Below, one piece after another: positions 6,749 through 16,239 of a DNA stretch of 35,295 bases (the stretch's first letter is position 1; each line of letters begins with the position of its first letter). The stretch is taken from assembly GCA_033764315.1 (NCBI GenBank), contig JANRJA010000142.1:1-35295 (forward strand), written 5' to 3'. A model generated the notes under the pieces. The model searched no databases. It had not been told where the DNA came from and saw only the letters and a program-made list of their open reading frames with translations. The translations under genes were made by a program, and so were the position numbers. Source of the DNA: Oculatellaceae cyanobacterium bins.114 (GTDB lineage: Bacteria > Cyanobacteriota > Cyanobacteriia > Elainellales > Elainellaceae).

Positions 6749-8149
6749 ATGATGGCTCTCACCGCTCGGCTTCGCTCAGAAATTAATGCCTGTCTAATCT
6801 TGTCTGTGCCATTGGCCGGGGCACAGTTATCGCAGGCAATGACATCATTTACAGACACCGTGATGATGGGTCTGCTAGGAAGCCAAACACTGGCGGCAGG
6901 AGGATTAGGGGCTGCAACATTTGGGGTGTTGCTGATCATTAGCACAGGCATTGTCTCAGCCGTCAGTCCTCTGGTTGCAGAAGCCTATGGCAGCGGACAA
7001 CTAGAAAAAGTAGGACGAATCACCGCTCAAGGCGTATGGTTAGCCGTTTTCTTGGCGTTGCCAATCACTCTATTGCTGTGGAATATGGGTGCTTTGATGA
7101 GCCACTTTGGGCAAGCCGAAAGCATCGTTGTCTTAACCCAAGCTTATCTAAAGGCGATCGCTTGGGGGGTTTTGCCAGCCCTGATCTTTGCCGCTTTTAG
7201 AAGCACTGTTACTGCGCTGTCACGTCCTCGTCCTGTGTTAGCAATTACCATTAGCGGCACCTTGTTTAACGTCGTCGCCAACTATGTGTTGATGTTTGGC
7301 AAATTTGGTCTACCAACATTGGGGTTAGCCGGGATTGGTTGGGCCAGTAGCCTCTCTTTTTGGCTAATGTTGGTCGCCTTGATCATCTACATCAAAACTC
7401 AACCCGCTCTCTTGGCATGTGGGCTGTTTCGCCATCTACACCGCTTTGAGAGGCAGCGGTTTCAAGAACTCGTGGGAATCGGTATCCCCATTGGTGTGTT
7501 GTTTGCTGTTGAGGCAGGGTTATTTACCATCACTACATTTCTGATGGGCTATTTAGGAACCACCACACTGGCGGCTCATCAAATTGCGCTGCAAACCTCT
7601 GCACTCACCTTTATGGTGCCGATGGGAATTTCATTGGCAACAACCATCCGAGTCGGACAATTAGTTGGACAGGGCGATTCAGACGGGGCAAGACTTGCCG
7701 GATATGTCGGCATTGGACTCGGTGCTCTCTTTATGGCAGTCATGGGATTGATCATGTGGATCGCTCCCAGAAGCATCATTGCTCTTTATCTCAACCTCAA
7801 TGATGCTGAGAATGCGGCTGTCATCCAGATCGCCACATCACTTTTAGGAGTCGCTGCCCTCTTTCAAATTGTGGATGGCATTCAAGCGATCGCCGCTGGA
7901 GCATTGCGAGGCTTAAAAGACACGCGCATTCCCATGCTAATTGGCATCATCGCCTATTGGGGCGTTGGGTTGACCAGTGGCTATCTCTTAGGGCTACAGC
8001 AGGGGATGGGTGGAGTCGGTTTGTGGTTAGGATTGGCCATTGGCTTAGCGATCGCCGCCTGTGTCTTGACCTGGCGATTTCATAGCTTAGTGTCACTCGA
8101 AAAAACCAAAAAAAGAGACACGATGTATCGCGTCTGCCCTAAAGGGTGA
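6749..8149 (+). CDS. MATE-family (NorM-like) efflux transporter
   Basis: DTVMMGLLG, LAAHQIA, FQIVDGIQ, GALRGLKDT; about 12 hydrophobic segments; start could be 6731, 6734 or 6749. Confidence 0.93.
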   Translation: MMALTARLRSEINACLILSVPLAGAQLSQAMTSFTDTVMMGLLGSQTLAAGGLGAATFGVLLIISTGIVSAVSPLVAEAYGSGQLEKVGRITAQGVWLAVFLALPITLLLWNMGALMSHFGQAESIVVLTQAYLKAIAWGVLPALIFAAFRSTVTALSRPRPVLAITISGTLFNVVANYVLMFGKFGLPTLGLAGIGWASSLSFWLMLVALIIYIKTQPALLACGLFRHLHRFERQRFQELVGIGIPIGVLFAVEAGLFTITTFLMGYLGTTTLAAHQIALQTSALTFMVPMGISLATTIRVGQLVGQGDSDGARLAGYVGIGLGALFMAVMGLIMWIAPRSIIALYLNLNDAENAAVIQIATSLLGVAALFQIVDGIQAIAAGALRGLKDTRIPMLIGIIAYWGVGLTSGYLLGLQQGMGGVGLWLGLAIGLAIAACVLTWRFHSLVSLEKTKKRDTMYRVCPKG

Positions 8150-8186
8150 AAAAGAAGGGACGCGATTAATCGCGTCCCTTCTTTTT
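8149..8186. terminator. Perfect 38-bp palindrome acting as a probable bidirectional terminator; same GACGCGATTAATCGCGTC core as the array palindrome
   Basis: AAAAAGAAGGGACGCGATTAATCGCGTCCCTTCTTTTT between convergent genes. Confidence 0.8.
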
Positions 8187-8201
8187 TCTCCTCTTCTATC
8201 T

Positions 8202-9434
8202 CTACTGTCTCTGATCAGGAGACAGCTCTGCGGTACGCACCGAGAGTTGTTGAGTGCGATCGCCCCGTCTGATGGTGAGCCGCAGAGCTTGACCCAACTG
8301 GCTCCGTTCTACAGTGTCTTGCAACTGCTCAGCCGTCGTGATAGGGCGATTGTCAATCTGAGTAATCACGTCTCCCCGTCGCAATCCTCCTTGAGCCGCA
8401 GGTGAATTGGGTACAATGCCTACCACTAGCACTCCATCCACCTCTGGCAAAATCACCGTAGCGTTTGGATCGTCGTTGTTTTCCTTGGCCAACTCAGGGG
8501 TTAACGTGGCAATTTGCACACCCAAATACGGATGCACAATTTGTTCGCCACGGGCAAGGCGAGCAGTAATATCTTTGGCCTGGTTAACAGGAATGGCAAA
8601 CCCAATTCCCATCGCATTGGCTCGGATAGCCGTGTTGATGCCAATCACCTCACCTTGAGCGTTGAGCAAGGGCCCACCTGAGTTGCCAGGGTTGATCGCC
8701 GCATCAGTTTGAATAAATTCCACACGCTTGTCAGGAATGCCAACCAGTGAGCTAGGACGGTTGAGGGTGCTCACGATCCCTAAGGTGACGGTGTTGTCGA
8801 GTCCTAAGGGGTTGCCAACGGCGATCGCCCAATCTCCCACCTGCACCTGGTCTGAGTCCCCCAGAGGAACAGTCGGCAAGCTAGTTGCGTTGATTTTCAC
8901 CACTGCCAAATCCGTCACTTCGTCAGCACCTCGCACTTCGCCTTCAAACTGGCGTCCGTCTTTGAGCCTGACTGTCACGCGATCGGCATTATCCACAACA
9001 TGAGCATTGGTCAAGACAACACCATCAGCACTGACAATGAAGCCCGACCCCTGCCCCCGCAATCGCTCTTCATAAGGCCCCTGAGGAAACGTATTGTCGC
9101 CAAAAAAGCGACGGAAAAAGGGGTCATTTAGAAAAGGATCGGGGTTGCGGGTAATTGTTCGTTCGGTGTCAATGCGAACCACAGCTGCACCCACTCGGTT
9201 CACTGCTGCTGCCACAAAACTCGTCGTGCTGCTAGTAGCAGCAGGAGCCTGGGCAACGATCTGATTTGAATCGCCTAAAGCAAACCCATCAGCCGGAGTC
9301 AGGGTTGATATGGCATGAGGCAGCACTGGCAGGTTGTTTGGCCTAGGCAGTGCTGCTGCCCATGTGGGTAACACTCGAATTGGACTGAATGCCAAAACCA
9401 GTCCTAGAAGAATCGCAACAATACGAGTCATCAT
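8202..9434 (-). CDS. hhoA: HtrA/HhoA-family serine protease with PDZ domain
   Basis: GSGFI, TNAHVV, DLAVVK, IQTDAAINPGNSGGPL; signal peptide; one PDZ. Confidence 0.9.
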   Translation of the reverse strand: MMTRIVAILLGLVLAFSPIRVLPTWAAALPRPNNLPVLPHAISTLTPADGFALGDSNQIVAQAPAATSSTTSFVAAAVNRVGAAVVRIDTERTITRNPDPFLNDPFFRRFFGDNTFPQGPYEERLRGQGSGFIVSADGVVLTNAHVVDNADRVTVRLKDGRQFEGEVRGADEVTDLAVVKINATSLPTVPLGDSDQVQVGDWAIAVGNPLGLDNTVTLGIVSTLNRPSSLVGIPDKRVEFIQTDAAINPGNSGGPLLNAQGEVIGINTAIRANAMGIGFAIPVNQAKDITARLARGEQIVHPYLGVQIATLTPELAKENNDDPNATVILPEVDGVLVVGIVPNSPAAQGGLRRGDVITQIDNRPITTAEQLQDTVERSQLGQALRLTIRRGDRTQQLSVRTAELSPDQRQ

Positions 9435-9771
9435 GTCGTGTAACAGCGTAACGATGTTTTGCTTAAATTTTACCTACTGAATAAGCACCTTGTCAGATGG
9501 GTTGCCCCAAACATTCTTTGGATTCGGCAACACCTGTCATAACTTGTCATCACTAACCAGGAAAGGCACCTCTGTAACCCCATCCTGAGCAACAGGGCTA
9601 TATGCTATCCATTTGCGATTCCAGGTGGAGTGCAAGGTTTTGAGCTTACAATAGAATTGGGACAATATCTCACAGCAAATGCCCAGCAGCACAAGCTCTT
9701 CAGCAAATGCCCCCATCTGATCGCGATTAGCCTGCCAGTTCTTGCCCCCATATCCTTCACTGTTTAGCGTC

Positions 9772-10131
9772 ATGGCAACCTCCGAACTTCCTCTGCCTTC
9801 CGCCTCTGGCGATCATGACCACAGCGATCCTAGTCACAGCCACGACGCAATCCATCCCCATGTCCACAGTGAGGAGTCTCTGCGCCAGATTATTAATCGT
9901 CTATCGCGGATAGAGGGGCATATTCGTGGCATTAAGACAATGGTGCAAGAGAGCCGTTCTTGCCCCGACGTATTGGTACAGGTTGCAGCGGTGCGGGGGG
10001 CACTCGATCGCGTGGCTCGCATCATCTTAGATGCACATCTGACAGAATGCATTGCCCGCGCTGCCCAGGAAGGCGATATTCAAACCGAGATTGAAGAACT
10101 GAAGTCTGCCCTCGATCGGTTTTTGCCTTAA
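9772..10131 (+). CDS. inrS: CsoR/RcnR-family nickel-sensing repressor
   Basis: His-rich N-terminus, HPHVHSEES..NRLSRIEGHIRG, CPDVLVQVAAVRGAL, H..EC; closely matches cyanobacterial InrS as I recall it. Confidence 0.85.
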   Translation: MATSELPLPSASGDHDHSDPSHSHDAIHPHVHSEESLRQIINRLSRIEGHIRGIKTMVQESRSCPDVLVQVAAVRGALDRVARIILDAHLTECIARAAQEGDIQTEIEELKSALDRFLP

Positions 10132-10143
10132 CCCCGATCGCCA

Positions 10144-10698
10144 TCACGCTACAATCTGCTGAATCTGGCTCACCTCATGTTGATAAGAGTCATCTGTGAG
10201 AACGGGTTGAGCCTTGACATCTGAAAAACCGATCGCTAATTCGATCCAGGATTTGCAGCCGCCATACTCAGAATGATAGGGAATCGTAACTGGCGTTTCT
10301 AGCCTGTAGACTCGTAGCAATAATCCATACAGCGGTTGTTGAGGCTTCCATCGCAGGCGATCGCTGACCCATCTGTCATTCCAAATATGGAAGGGTAGGA
10401 GAGCATTCACCGCTGTCTCCGATTGAATCGGTAAAACGTGGGTGATCTCTGCCCAAGCTTGCAGCACAACCTTTTCAGAATGCCAACCGGAGGGCACAGG
10501 CTGAACTTGTTGGTCATACGGTGATTTCAACAACTGGGGTTGCTGATGTTCATAGGTGGGATAGAGCCAAACCTGGCGATGGGCAACTGTAAAGCGACCC
10601 TGGTCTTCTCGAATGCCACCTTTGCGCAGCAACAAAATCGTTTTGCCGTGGGTCAAAGCCTCTACCGCGATCGCCCATTCTTTGAGTGCAGCCGTCAT
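10144..10698 (-). CDS. DUF1802 family protein
   Basis: ALKEWA, LLRKGGIRE, YPTYEHQ, YGGCKSW; start chosen at the ATG preceded by GGGAGG. Confidence 0.85.
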   Translation of the reverse strand: MTAALKEWAIAVEALTHGKTILLLRKGGIREDQGRFTVAHRQVWLYPTYEHQQPQLLKSPYDQQVQPVPSGWHSEKVVLQAWAEITHVLPIQSETAVNALLPFHIWNDRWVSDRLRWKPQQPLYGLLLRVYRLETPVTIPYHSEYGGCKSWIELAIGFSDVKAQPVLTDDSYQHEVSQIQQIVA

Positions 10699-10853
10699 CT
10701 CAAACCTCCCGTTTTTTCTCATCCGGAAACCAGATGCCGTCATATGAAGTAATGGTACATATAGATAAATAATGATGAAAATATTCAGGATCATCAGCCG
10801 CTTCTGGGCAGAAGCAGGTTAAATATTCGTACAGTCTGTAAGAGGTACATCCG

Positions 10854-11093
10854 GTGAAACGTAGTAGCAAGCCTACCGATAATTCAATCTCCCAAGAATT
10901 ACAAAAAACCCTAAATCAAATTGCCGCTAGAGCTACCGATCGCAAAGATGAATTAGTGGAGCTGTTGGGCAACGAGCAACCGGGTAAAAGTCATCTGGTC
11001 GAGACGGATTATGGGCAATGCATCTGGTGGGAAGGTTGCTATTACTGCCAGGACGATAACCAGCAGTGGCACCGCGTCAAGTGCTTTATGTAG
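10854..11093 (+). CDS. Small hypothetical protein with Cys/Trp-rich C-terminus
   Basis: GTG start preceded by AAGAGG; fills the intergenic gap; CIWWEGCYYCQD...KCFM. Confidence 0.6.
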   Translation: MKRSSKPTDNSISQELQKTLNQIAARATDRKDELVELLGNEQPGKSHLVETDYGQCIWWEGCYYCQDDNQQWHRVKCFM

Positions 11094-11135
11094 TCTAATT
11101 TTCAGCCTTCATCCTTCATCCTTTCTCCTTTTTTC

Positions 11136-12053
11136 CTACGACCCTTGGTCTGCAATCGGTTGCTCTGGGGCTGCGATCGCCTGTTTCCGTCGTTTTAGGC
11201 GGTTGTAGCCGTAGATCATCCCTGCGATGACAAGCCAATAGGGGCTGTACACCATCAACCAGATGCCGATTTGCAGTAGATTAACCGTGAGCTCTCTCAA
11301 GGACTGAGTCGAGCTTTGCCAAGTTTCGCCGAGTTGGGTTGCCACAGTGCGATCGGGCACAGTAGAGGCGATCGCCCCTTCCAGGTTGATGTTAATCGTC
11401 GAGTAAGCCACCCGATTTTGCAGGTCTTTGAGTTGAGCGTCGATTTGTTCAATTGAATTTCGTACATTGCTCACTTCCTGCGCCACCTTCAGCACATCCC
11501 CCACACTGCCCGATCGCTCCATGATATCGAGCAACATTTCCTCTGTTTTTTGCAGATTGCGTAATCGCGCCTGAAAGTCTACCAACTGAGTCGAGACATC
11601 CTCAGCGGTGATCGACTGCCGTTGAATTGTGCCTAGCCCTGCCAGAGCGTTGATGGTTGCCTCTAATTTGTCTTGTGGCACCCGCAGTTGCATGTAAGCC
11701 GTTTGGCGGCTCCCCGTTGGCGACTCATCCTGTAACCCCAATACATCTCCCCGTTGCTGGTGGGCGATCGCCGTTGCTGCATCAATGCTTTTTTCAACCG
11801 AGTCAACCACGATCGACAGTTCAGCGGTTTTAATCAACTGAGGCAGCGATCGCGGCACTTCAGTTGCAGCCGCCACGACCGAACCATCCGCCGCAGGAGC
11901 CTGTGGAGCAGCTGCACCCGCCGTGGGAGGTTGCACATTAGAAACTGACTCTGACATCGGCGCAGGAGCACCACAACTGTTGAGAACCAACCCTCCAAGC
12001 AGAGCAGTTAATATTAACGCAGGTTGAAACCGAATGGGATAAGCACGATTCAT
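11136..12053 (-). CDS. DUF4349 domain lipoprotein
   Basis: Lipobox-like LNSC, LIKTAELSI, EDVSTQLVD..ARL, C-terminal TM helix. Confidence 0.85.
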   Translation of the reverse strand: MNRAYPIRFQPALILTALLGGLVLNSCGAPAPMSESVSNVQPPTAGAAAPQAPAADGSVVAAATEVPRSLPQLIKTAELSIVVDSVEKSIDAATAIAHQQRGDVLGLQDESPTGSRQTAYMQLRVPQDKLEATINALAGLGTIQRQSITAEDVSTQLVDFQARLRNLQKTEEMLLDIMERSGSVGDVLKVAQEVSNVRNSIEQIDAQLKDLQNRVAYSTININLEGAIASTVPDRTVATQLGETWQSSTQSLRELTVNLLQIGIWLMVYSPYWLVIAGMIYGYNRLKRRKQAIAAPEQPIADQGS

Positions 12054-12146
12054 ATCAGAAACTCCACAAGCTCTTGTTGTAGTATGGCTGCCTGATCTAG
12101 CAACACCTAAACAGTTACAATTTACGCAACAACCTTTCTTGAGTGA

Positions 12147-12629
12147 ATGGGCGCAATCTTTGACCCAAGTGGCACCTACCGCTACACCCTCTGGCGCAAC
12201 TGGGGATGTGCTCCCAAAGTGGTGTTTGTCATGTTAAACCCCAGCACTGCCGACGCCGAGCACAACGACCCGACGATTCGTCGCTGCATTGGGTTGGCTC
12301 AAGCATGGGGGTTTGGGGCGTTAGAAGTGGTGAATTTGTTTGCCTATTGTGCGACACACCCAACAGAATTGCGACAGGCAACTGACCCCATTGGAATTGA
12401 GAACGATCGCTACTTATTACAAGCCGTGCAGCGGAGCGATCGCACCCTATTGGCGTGGGGCAACTGGGGTTATTTACATCAGCGCGATCGCTGCGTGTTA
12501 AACCTATTGTCACAACAGACCTCACTGTATTGTCTGGGCATGAATCAGTCGGGTCAACCGCGCCATCCCCTTTATGTCCGACGGGATGTGAAGCCGATAC
12601 CCATGAAGACAGACATTGTTTGCAAGTAA
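12147..12629 (+). CDS. DUF1643 family protein
   Basis: YRYTLWR, MLNPSTAD, DPTIRRC, NLFAY.AT.P, PRHPLY. Confidence 0.88.
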   Translation: MGAIFDPSGTYRYTLWRNWGCAPKVVFVMLNPSTADAEHNDPTIRRCIGLAQAWGFGALEVVNLFAYCATHPTELRQATDPIGIENDRYLLQAVQRSDRTLLAWGNWGYLHQRDRCVLNLLSQQTSLYCLGMNQSGQPRHPLYVRRDVKPIPMKTDIVCK

Positions 12630-12725
12630 GCCGTTTGCAGGTGAGCCTTTGAGCGACTGATACCAATCTAAACCGTCTTTGTGACACACCTATAAATCAG
12701 CTTTAAGCGGACGTGTGGGAAGTTT

Positions 12726-12845
12726 TTGGCGGTTAAAACCGCGACTACAAAAACAAAGTCCAGCATCGCGGACTCAAGCCAATCCAGGCTTTCTGTAACT
12801 CGCGGAGGCAGGTTTTGTCCTTGTAGCTGCAACTTTAGTCGCCAA
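12726..12845. repeat. ~120-bp imperfect inverted-repeat element (MITE/REP-doublet-like)
   Basis: Arms 12726-12774 and 12798-12845 pair with mostly transition mismatches; each arm has its own small hairpin. Confidence 0.7.
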
Positions 12846-13758
12846 CGCTGCCTAAATCTAGTCTTTTCAGAGACCCTCTAGGGGCAGGCTTAATCAGATT
12901 TGTAAAGTTTTGAAAACCTTTTGCATAACTCTTGGGGCTACCTCCGACAGCTTCATAGTGACCCAATGAGTGAGGTAGTGAATGGTTCAACTGAGCAAGT
13001 AACTAAAAAGCCAATGACATGAATCAAATTCAATTTCAATACTTGGTGTGGATTTCAGCTTCAACCAAGAGAAACAGCTCAAAAATGAGATAAGGAGAGA
13101 GGTGTATTTGAAAGCAAATTAACTTTAATCATCCAATTAAATTGATATTTATTTTCACAATTTAAACGTGCAGAATCTTTTTAACCAATAGATTCATCCA
13201 CCAAACGTAAGCACGGTTATAGACAAAAATTAAATATGGACGTCGTGCTTAAGCCTAAAAACCCTTGCCAGTTTTAGGTTTAAGCATTTTCATTTTTAAA
13301 ATTCAGAAACTAAATCACGGACAATTACCGAAATAGTCATATCCAAAATTGGAGCAAATTGCTTTCATTTGAAATCAATCTATTAATTAATCACCCATAC
13401 AGGCTATCTAAAAGGGTGAGGCATAAGACAAAAAACAACCTTACATTAGAAACATAGAGTTCACGAGTTGAGATTGATTTACGAGTCAAATATTGAGGCT
13501 TTAAAAACAATTGAATGCTAGAGGTGATTCATTCTGTGGAAAATGATTTTGCGATCGCGCCTATCTTCCACAATCCCTCCAAGCCAAATCAATTGAACCG
13601 TCCCTACTTGATTTGCTAACCAAACCAATCTCAACCTTGAATTCATCGCTGGCTCGTAACGGTTGGGGTAATGCAACTGGGTTGATTGCCCCCTTCTAGC
13701 AAGACACCTTTTGCCAAACCCCAACCCTTTAATCTCCACACTTCAGGATGACCCCACC

Positions 13759-14022
13759 ATGAAAGCTGTTTATTCTAATCGCCCTCAATCATCTGCATTG
13801 TTGTCTGACTCAACCTCCAACACCTTGAATCAAACACTGGCAGTATGGTGCAGCCAAATAGCTCAATGGTTGTCTCCTCGGCTTTCTGAACCTCGCGTCT
13901 ATCAACACAGAGACAGAGCAGGTCAAGTCTATTGGTCTGGATTTGACCCCAACACAGGCTCATCTATTCGTTGGGTTTCTGAAGCAGAAATACGGATTTG
14001 GCTAGAGCAACGATATCGCTAA
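13759..14022 (+). CDS. Hypothetical protein (cyanobacterial-type EPRV..RDR.G..YW...DP..G motif)
   Basis: ATG at 13759 in the ORF 13711-14022; protein-like C-terminus SEAEIRIWLEQRY. Confidence 0.7.
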   Translation: MKAVYSNRPQSSALLSDSTSNTLNQTLAVWCSQIAQWLSPRLSEPRVYQHRDRAGQVYWSGFDPNTGSSIRWVSEAEIRIWLEQRYR

Positions 14023-14088
14023 TCCCTGTGTTTTGTTTGTTTGATGAACTTCGCTTCAACCCTGACTGCAAATTTTTGAGAGGTAATT

Positions 14089-14253
14089 ATGACTATTTCA
14101 GCCATTAAACGACTCAACTCTAAACTCGCCGTTGATGCTTTGACCGATATGAACAAATCTGTTTCTGACGTTGAATCTTTGCAAAAAGGTCGTTTAGAAG
14201 CAAGATGGGAAATTGAAAACGGCAAGTTAGTGTGCAAATGGATTGTGATCTAA
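14089..14253 (+). CDS. 54-aa small protein absent from the ORF track (MTISAIKRLNSK...LEARWEIENGKLVCKWIVI)
   Basis: GAGAGG RBS 5 nt upstream; manual translation; followed by a strong hairpin and T tract. Confidence 0.7.
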   Translation: MTISAIKRLNSKLAVDALTDMNKSVSDVESLQKGRLEARWEIENGKLVCKWIVI

Positions 14254-14297
14254 CCCTGTCGTGTTGCTAATGCTTTTATTTTCAGTGTGCTGATGCT

Positions 14298-14352
14298 GAG
14301 CGATCGCTTTTGAGAATCTCCAATTCATTGCTGCAAAAGCGATCGCTCTTTT
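14298..14352 (+). terminator. Terminator-like hairpin whose 15-bp stem is built from two HIP1 sites
   Basis: GAGCGATCGCTTTTG-N21-CAAAAGCGATCGCTC followed by TTTT. Confidence 0.65.
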
Positions 14353-14401
14353 CTTCTGATTCTGGTTAAACAGCGATACTCAGTCATCATTTTTGATCAT
14401 C

Positions 14402-15487
14402 ATGTTTTTCATTCACCCAGAACACCGTTCCATCTCGACATGGGGCAAAGCTCATTTCAAAAAACCAGTCTTGCATCTAGACACTCAAGGTTCTGCGGTT
14501 GTTGAGTTACAGAAACTATTGTTGCGGTGGCGATCGTTCTCAAATTATCCAGCAGGGAATTGTCAGGTCAGTGAGGCAACCGTCTTAACGGGTCACTTTG
14601 ATGAAACCGTGAGAATAGCGGTGGAATCTTTTCAAGCCGCGATGTTTCTGATTCCAAATGGCATCGTTGATCCGCTAACGTGGCAGGTATTGTATGCGGG
14701 GATGCCGATTCACATGCCTGTGTTGCGGTTAGGGAGAAAGGGGTCGGCTGTCAAGTTATTGCAGCGATCGCTTTTAGATACAGGAGATGCTCTCTATAGC
14801 ACGCCTGTGGATGGGGTGTTTGGTTCATCAACCGAGTGGGCAGTACGCCACTTTCAACGACGGGCAAGTTTGCCTGTGGATGGAGTGTTTGGGCTGACTA
14901 ATTGGTGTACCTTAAGTCGGGCATTGGCAGCTTTAACCCAAGATCTGTTGCCTTCCACCCGTGGCATTGACCTCAGCGAGGTCTGGCAGGTGTTGTCTGA
15001 GCCAGTCTGCAATCCACCTCTAGAGCGTGCCATCTTAAAAGCCGTAGGGCAGTTGGACGGTTCCGCTCGCTATTATTACAACCGGGTTGACTTAAATCGA
15101 GATAGTCGATTAGAGATTGTGGTGTATGTCGTCAGCCCTTGCTTAAAAGGAGTTGGGGGCTATCCAATCTTGGTCTTTCAACCCGATGAAACAGGCTATC
15201 AATTAGTGTCTCATCTCGGTCTGGGGGTTGCTCCGGTGATTGTGACTGAACAAATGACCAATGGTTGGAGCGATCTGGTGATAGTGTCTCAAGATGAAAT
15301 GGGATTAAACTACTGGTCTTCCCGGTTTAGTGGCAAACGATATGTTAGAGCATTCTATGGCAGTCATCGATTGGCCGTTTCCAGTCATGAAGCGATGATC
15401 TCAAAAGAGAAAGAGCTTCGCATCGTTGGCACCGCTTTTATTGCCGATGCTTGCAACCTTTACTCCGGCATTGAGTTTTCGACTTGA
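14402..15487 (+). CDS. Peptidoglycan-binding domain protein (two PG_binding_1-like repeats) with uncharacterised C-terminal domain
   Basis: L...GSAVVELQKLL...G.VD..TW and LRLG.KGSAVKLLQ...DGVFG..TE.AV..FQ; later VDLNRDSRLEIVVYV. Confidence 0.78.
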   Translation: MFFIHPEHRSISTWGKAHFKKPVLHLDTQGSAVVELQKLLLRWRSFSNYPAGNCQVSEATVLTGHFDETVRIAVESFQAAMFLIPNGIVDPLTWQVLYAGMPIHMPVLRLGRKGSAVKLLQRSLLDTGDALYSTPVDGVFGSSTEWAVRHFQRRASLPVDGVFGLTNWCTLSRALAALTQDLLPSTRGIDLSEVWQVLSEPVCNPPLERAILKAVGQLDGSARYYYNRVDLNRDSRLEIVVYVVSPCLKGVGGYPILVFQPDETGYQLVSHLGLGVAPVIVTEQMTNGWSDLVIVSQDEMGLNYWSSRFSGKRYVRAFYGSHRLAVSSHEAMISKEKELRIVGTAFIADACNLYSGIEFST

Positions 15488-15569
15488 TCAGTGGTTGCGG
15501 AATGATGAGATGGCGAGATGATGGGATAACGCAGTGATAGTCAATCGTTACTTGTCAATCGTGAATGTC

Positions 15570-15669
15570 ATACCAATATGAATTGGCTTCGCTGCACATG
15601 ATTTCGTAAGGGCGTTTCGCGAAACGCCTTTACCCAGTAATCTGCCACAATCAAACATTAAATCGGTAT
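15570..15669. repeat. REP-like palindrome (15606-15633) inside a ~100-bp element with loose ATACC...GGTAT terminal inverted repeats
   Basis: GTAAGGGCGTTTCGCGAAACGCCTTTAC; second palindrome copy at 18085-18110; similar ATACCAAT end at 12660. Confidence 0.6.
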
Positions 15670-15732
15670 CAGTTGCGACTTGACCATTACCCTCTCACTT
15701 TTCCACTGCTTTACTCTCTCACGCTGTTTCCC

Positions 15733-16206
15733 ATGCAAAGTACCCTCATTATTCGAGAAGCCAGTTCTGGAGACGACGCACTGATTGCCACCCATTTTTA
15801 TCGCATGTGGCAAGACAATGACATTCCCAGTGAGCACATTTGCCCCAATTGGTTAGAGATCAGCTTAGAGTTTATCGATCGCGCCCGTCGAGAGCAGCAC
15901 CATAAAGCATTTGTGGCAGAGGTCAACGACCAAATTGTAGGGTCTACGAGTTGCCAATTGTTTGCTGGGCTATATCCGCAGATTTTGACCGCGCAATCTC
16001 GCCAATACGGTTATATCTGGGGCGTGTATGTAGAGCCATCCCATCGTAGGCAAGGCATTGCTAAACGGTTGACTCAAGCGGCGATCGCCCACCTCAAAAC
16101 CTTAGGTTGCACCCGTGCTATTTTGCACGCCTCACCATTGGGTAAACCAGTATATGACAGTCTTGGCTTTTCAAGCAGTAATGAAATGCGCTTAGATCTG
16201 GTGTGA
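15733..16206 (+). CDS. GNAT-family N-acetyltransferase
   Basis: VYVEPSHRRQGIAKRL acetyl-CoA motif, LHASPLGKPVYDSLGF. Confidence 0.9.
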   Translation: MQSTLIIREASSGDDALIATHFYRMWQDNDIPSEHICPNWLEISLEFIDRARREQHHKAFVAEVNDQIVGSTSCQLFAGLYPQILTAQSRQYGYIWGVYVEPSHRRQGIAKRLTQAAIAHLKTLGCTRAILHASPLGKPVYDSLGFSSSNEMRLDLV

Positions 16207-16239
16207 GTCACATTACATCACCCAACTCAGGGCATTCGC

